Positions 51,966 to 53,917 of a stretch of 53,917 nucleotides of DNA are shown one piece after another (positions within the stretch are counted from its first letter, which is position 1; the number at the start of each line of letters is the position of its first letter). The notes below the pieces were generated by a model that made no database searches, had not been told where the DNA came from, and saw only the letters and a list, made by a program, of their open reading frames with translations. The position numbers and the translations under genes are program-made. Origin of the DNA: Polyangiales bacterium. GTDB taxonomy: Bacteria; Myxococcota_A; Polyangia; Polyangiales; Houyiibacteriaceae. The stretch lies in NCBI GenBank assembly GCA_047619315.1, contig JBLHKB010000001.1, positions 1-53,917 of the forward strand. The letters are read 5' to 3'.

Positions 51966-52864
51966 TAGGCGCTCGCCAAAGGAACGGCGTATTCCATCAC
52001 GGAGTCGTCGCTCTTGTCATCGAAGCGATGGTCGTAGAGCTCGAGGTCGGCGCCGTAGCTGTGTCGCTCACCGCTTCGAGCAAGCCACGCGCTGTAGATG
52101 TAGTTCACGGTGTGGTCGAGCATGCTTGAGGCCCCTTTGTGGGTGAACGTAGCGTATCGCGCGGCGGGAATATGCAGCTCGACGAAACCATCCGTGAGAG
52201 GTGCGTCCGCAGAAATGGGGATCGCTGCGTGGTAGGTGAGCTGATCCGTTTCCGCGCTCTGCGGCCGAATCACCCCATAGCAAACGTCGCCGCGCGCTTC
52301 GCCAATCGAGGGCAGCTTCTCCAAGAACGCACCCCACAGCGGCGGAAGTCGATCCGCGATGTTGTTCTTGTCCGAGTCGACTCCGTAGATCTCCGTACGA
52401 AGACCACACAGGCGCATCGCTGGGCGCTCGGCGATGACGGGGTCCGGCGAGACGTTCTCGTGCACATGCATGAGGTAGTCCGTGTGAATGCGGGCCTTCT
52501 GCAGAAACAAGCTCTTGTCGCCGATCTTCCGATAGGCGCCAGGCGTCAAACCAAAGGCGGTCTTGAACGCGCGCGTGAACGCCGCCTGTGATTCAAACCC
52601 CGCATCCATCGCGATCTCAAGGATGCCCACCTTGCTTCGGAGCAACCGATCGAGGGAGCGCGCGAGGCGCCGAGAGCGCACGTAGGTCATGAGCGTCTCA
52701 CCGGTCAGCGCTTTGAAGATGCGCTGAAAATGCCAATGGCTGATGCCCGCTACCTTCGACACTTTCGGCAGCGCGAGGGACTCGTCGAGGTTTGACTCGA
52801 TGTAGTCGATGCCGCGCTGAACTTGCGCGAGGTATCCATCTTCGAGGTAGCGGGGAGCGGTCAT
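51965..52864 (-). CDS. AraC-family transcriptional regulator with GyrI-like effector-binding domain
   Basis: HTH region VSKVAGISHWHFQRIFKALTGETLMTYVRSRRLARSL...ILEIAMDAGFESQAAFTRAFKTAFGLTPGAYR. The C-terminal half is typical of GyrI/Rob-like ligand domains. Confidence 0.9.
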   Translation of the reverse strand: MTAPRYLEDGYLAQVQRGIDYIESNLDESLALPKVSKVAGISHWHFQRIFKALTGETLMTYVRSRRLARSLDRLLRSKVGILEIAMDAGFESQAAFTRAFKTAFGLTPGAYRKIGDKSLFLQKARIHTDYLMHVHENVSPDPVIAERPAMRLCGLRTEIYGVDSDKNNIADRLPPLWGAFLEKLPSIGEARGDVCYGVIRPQSAETDQLTYHAAIPISADAPLTDGFVELHIPAARYATFTHKGASSMLDHTVNYIYSAWLARSGERHSYGADLELYDHRFDDKSDDSVMEYAVPLASA

Positions 52865-53241
52865 TCAGGCGCGGTTTCAGGTGTTTCAAAGAAGCCCGTC
52901 ATGCTCGTGAGCCTACCCTGCTCGTCGTATTCGCCGTAGCTGATTCCCTCGCCGATGACGCTCTCATCGCCGGCGACCATCTCCCACTGCGCGATGCTCT
53001 TGCTGTTGTGCGCGAGGAAGGTCTTCGTTCGAAAGTAACCGCCTGGAACCTGCTTGTGAAACTCGAGCATGTAGCCAACGAGATCTTCGCGTGACCCGAC
53101 CTGAGCGAGAGGGTCCGTGTAGGTAGCGTCTTCGCGGACGGAGTCCCCGAGGAGCGAGGCCTTCTCTTCGCGGCTCTCTGCTTTCCACGACGAAGTGTAG
53201 GTGTCCCAAGTTGAGCGGTAGTCGTGTGGTGTCGTTGTCAT
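52861..53241 (-). CDS. NTF2/SnoaL-like family protein
   Basis: Start trimmed to the ATG at 53241, with GGAG 8 nt upstream. YTSSWKAESREEKASLLGDSVREDATYTDP...VGYMLEFH...W is SnoaL-like. Stop overlaps the AraC start (ATGA). Confidence 0.75.
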   Translation of the reverse strand: MTTTPHDYRSTWDTYTSSWKAESREEKASLLGDSVREDATYTDPLAQVGSREDLVGYMLEFHKQVPGGYFRTKTFLAHNSKSIAQWEMVAGDESVIGEGISYGEYDEQGRLTSMTGFFETPETAPE

Positions 53242-53439
53242 TCGAGTTCTCCTTGCCGCGTGCGGCGTTTGAGAACCCAACATGCGCGAAACCAGGACGG
53301 CGTTTTTGACATTGCGTGCGAATTTGAAGCCTTCAGCTCTTTCGCGCGATCCTCTCCGGCGGTACGCGGCCGTCCAGGATCAACATGGACAGGCCATGAA
53401 CCAAGCTCCAGAACGCAAGGGGCCTGCTAGACCGTCCGA

Positions 53440-53763
53440 ATGAAGAAGCTTCACCTCGCGATTTCGACGAGCCGCATCAAGGAAACCATCTCCGACTATA
53501 GCGCGCGCTTCGGCGTCGAGCCTTGCTCCTTCGTGGCCGGCGAGTATGCGCTGTGGCGAACCGAGAGCCTCAACGTTTCCGTCCGTCATGATCCGTCATG
53601 CGAAGCGGGCACGCTCCGGCACTTGGGCTGGGAGGATCCCACCGCGACGGAATCGAGCGAGGACGTCGACGTCAATGGGATCACCTGGGAGCGCTTCACG
53701 GCGGAGCACCAAGCGGACGAGATCAACGCGCTGTGGCCGGACGCGAAGTACCAGCCACGTTGA
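53440..53763 (+). CDS. small hypothetical protein (single VOC-like beta-alpha-beta-beta-beta module possible)
   Basis: 107-aa ORF MKKLHLAISTSRIKETISDYSARFGVEP.... It has a clean start and is followed by the only hairpin plus T7 tract in the window. Confidence 0.55.
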   Translation: MKKLHLAISTSRIKETISDYSARFGVEPCSFVAGEYALWRTESLNVSVRHDPSCEAGTLRHLGWEDPTATESSEDVDVNGITWERFTAEHQADEINALWPDAKYQPR

Positions 53764-53790
53764 GCCCAGGGATCTCCTCCGGCTTTTTTT
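53763..53790 (+). terminator. intrinsic terminator candidate (imperfect stem + T7)
   Basis: AGCC-c-AGG-gatct-CCT-cc-GGCT followed by TTTTTT(T) at 53784-53790. It begins at the stop codon of 53440..53763. Confidence 0.4.
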
Positions 53791-53826
53791 CGCTCGCTTG
53801 TGTGAAGCGCCACGAAGGATCTACGC

Positions 53827-53917
53827 CTAGATCAGCAGGTTGCACTCGACACCATCGAGGCCGGCGTCGTTGTTGTCCTCACGGCACTCTTCAACGGCGT
53901 CTTCGCCGTCGGCTTCG
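53827..53917 (-). CDS. 3' end of a third FG-GAP/CARDB-type paralog (rest lies outside the window)
   Basis: The minus-strand frame reads ...EADGEDAVEECREDNNDAGLDGVECNLLI*. Compare the C-termini ECDLDNNESEEAIPRCLL* and ECDIDNNDAGPVMASCPLIQ* of the two complete paralogs. Confidence 0.5.
   Translation of the reverse strand, partial: EADGEDAVEECREDNNDAGLDGVECNLLI

Overview
GC-rich, densely packed bacterial chromosomal segment with about 50 protein genes on both strands and many 1-4 nt start/stop overlaps. The taxonomic guess is a myxobacterium-like or Bradymonadales-like deltaproteobacterium, and this is inference only. It rests on many lipoproteins with a lipobox Cys followed by acidic D-A-G-P linkers, a MYXO-CTERM-like tail, two AgmX/PglI-type TonB-C-like proteins, a Hanks kinase and ECF sigma factors. 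Recognisable genes include htpG, an ArsM-type arsenite methyltransferase with a MarR regulator, and a COG4941-type sigma factor with its YCII partner. Others are a FecR/ECF sigma pair, a DUF1552-like/DUF1588-like pair, a DUF1704 (QEGLA) metalloprotease, an SDR, methyltransferases, VOC proteins, a family-4-like uracil-DNA glycosylase, a JmjC/cupin-4 oxygenase and an AraC/GyrI regulator. I found no rRNA, tRNA, CRISPR array, prophage or intact IS. The only trace of mobile DNA is a frameshifted IS91-family transposase fragment. The four best candidates for undescribed biology follow. (1) A minus-strand operon (34133-40879) places an ECF sigma/FecR pair behind a Cys-rich FG-GAP/CARDB lipoprotein, two small lipoproteins and a barrel-like secreted protein, with no TonB-dependent transducer. 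Two more paralogs of the big lipoprotein lie within 16 kb. (2) A Tat-signal mini-protein made of DSDSGP repeats sits divergent from a JmjC hydroxylase across an AT-rich, palindrome-bearing intergenic region. (3) One ORF carries a MYXO-CTERM-like sorting tail fused in frame to a lipoprotein-type signal and a second domain. (4) A MarR regulator with an N-terminal four-Cys cluster is translationally coupled to arsM. A COG4941 sigma factor also appears to start at CTG behind a strong Shine-Dalgarno. All assignments come from reading motifs by eye. No database or HMM search was run.
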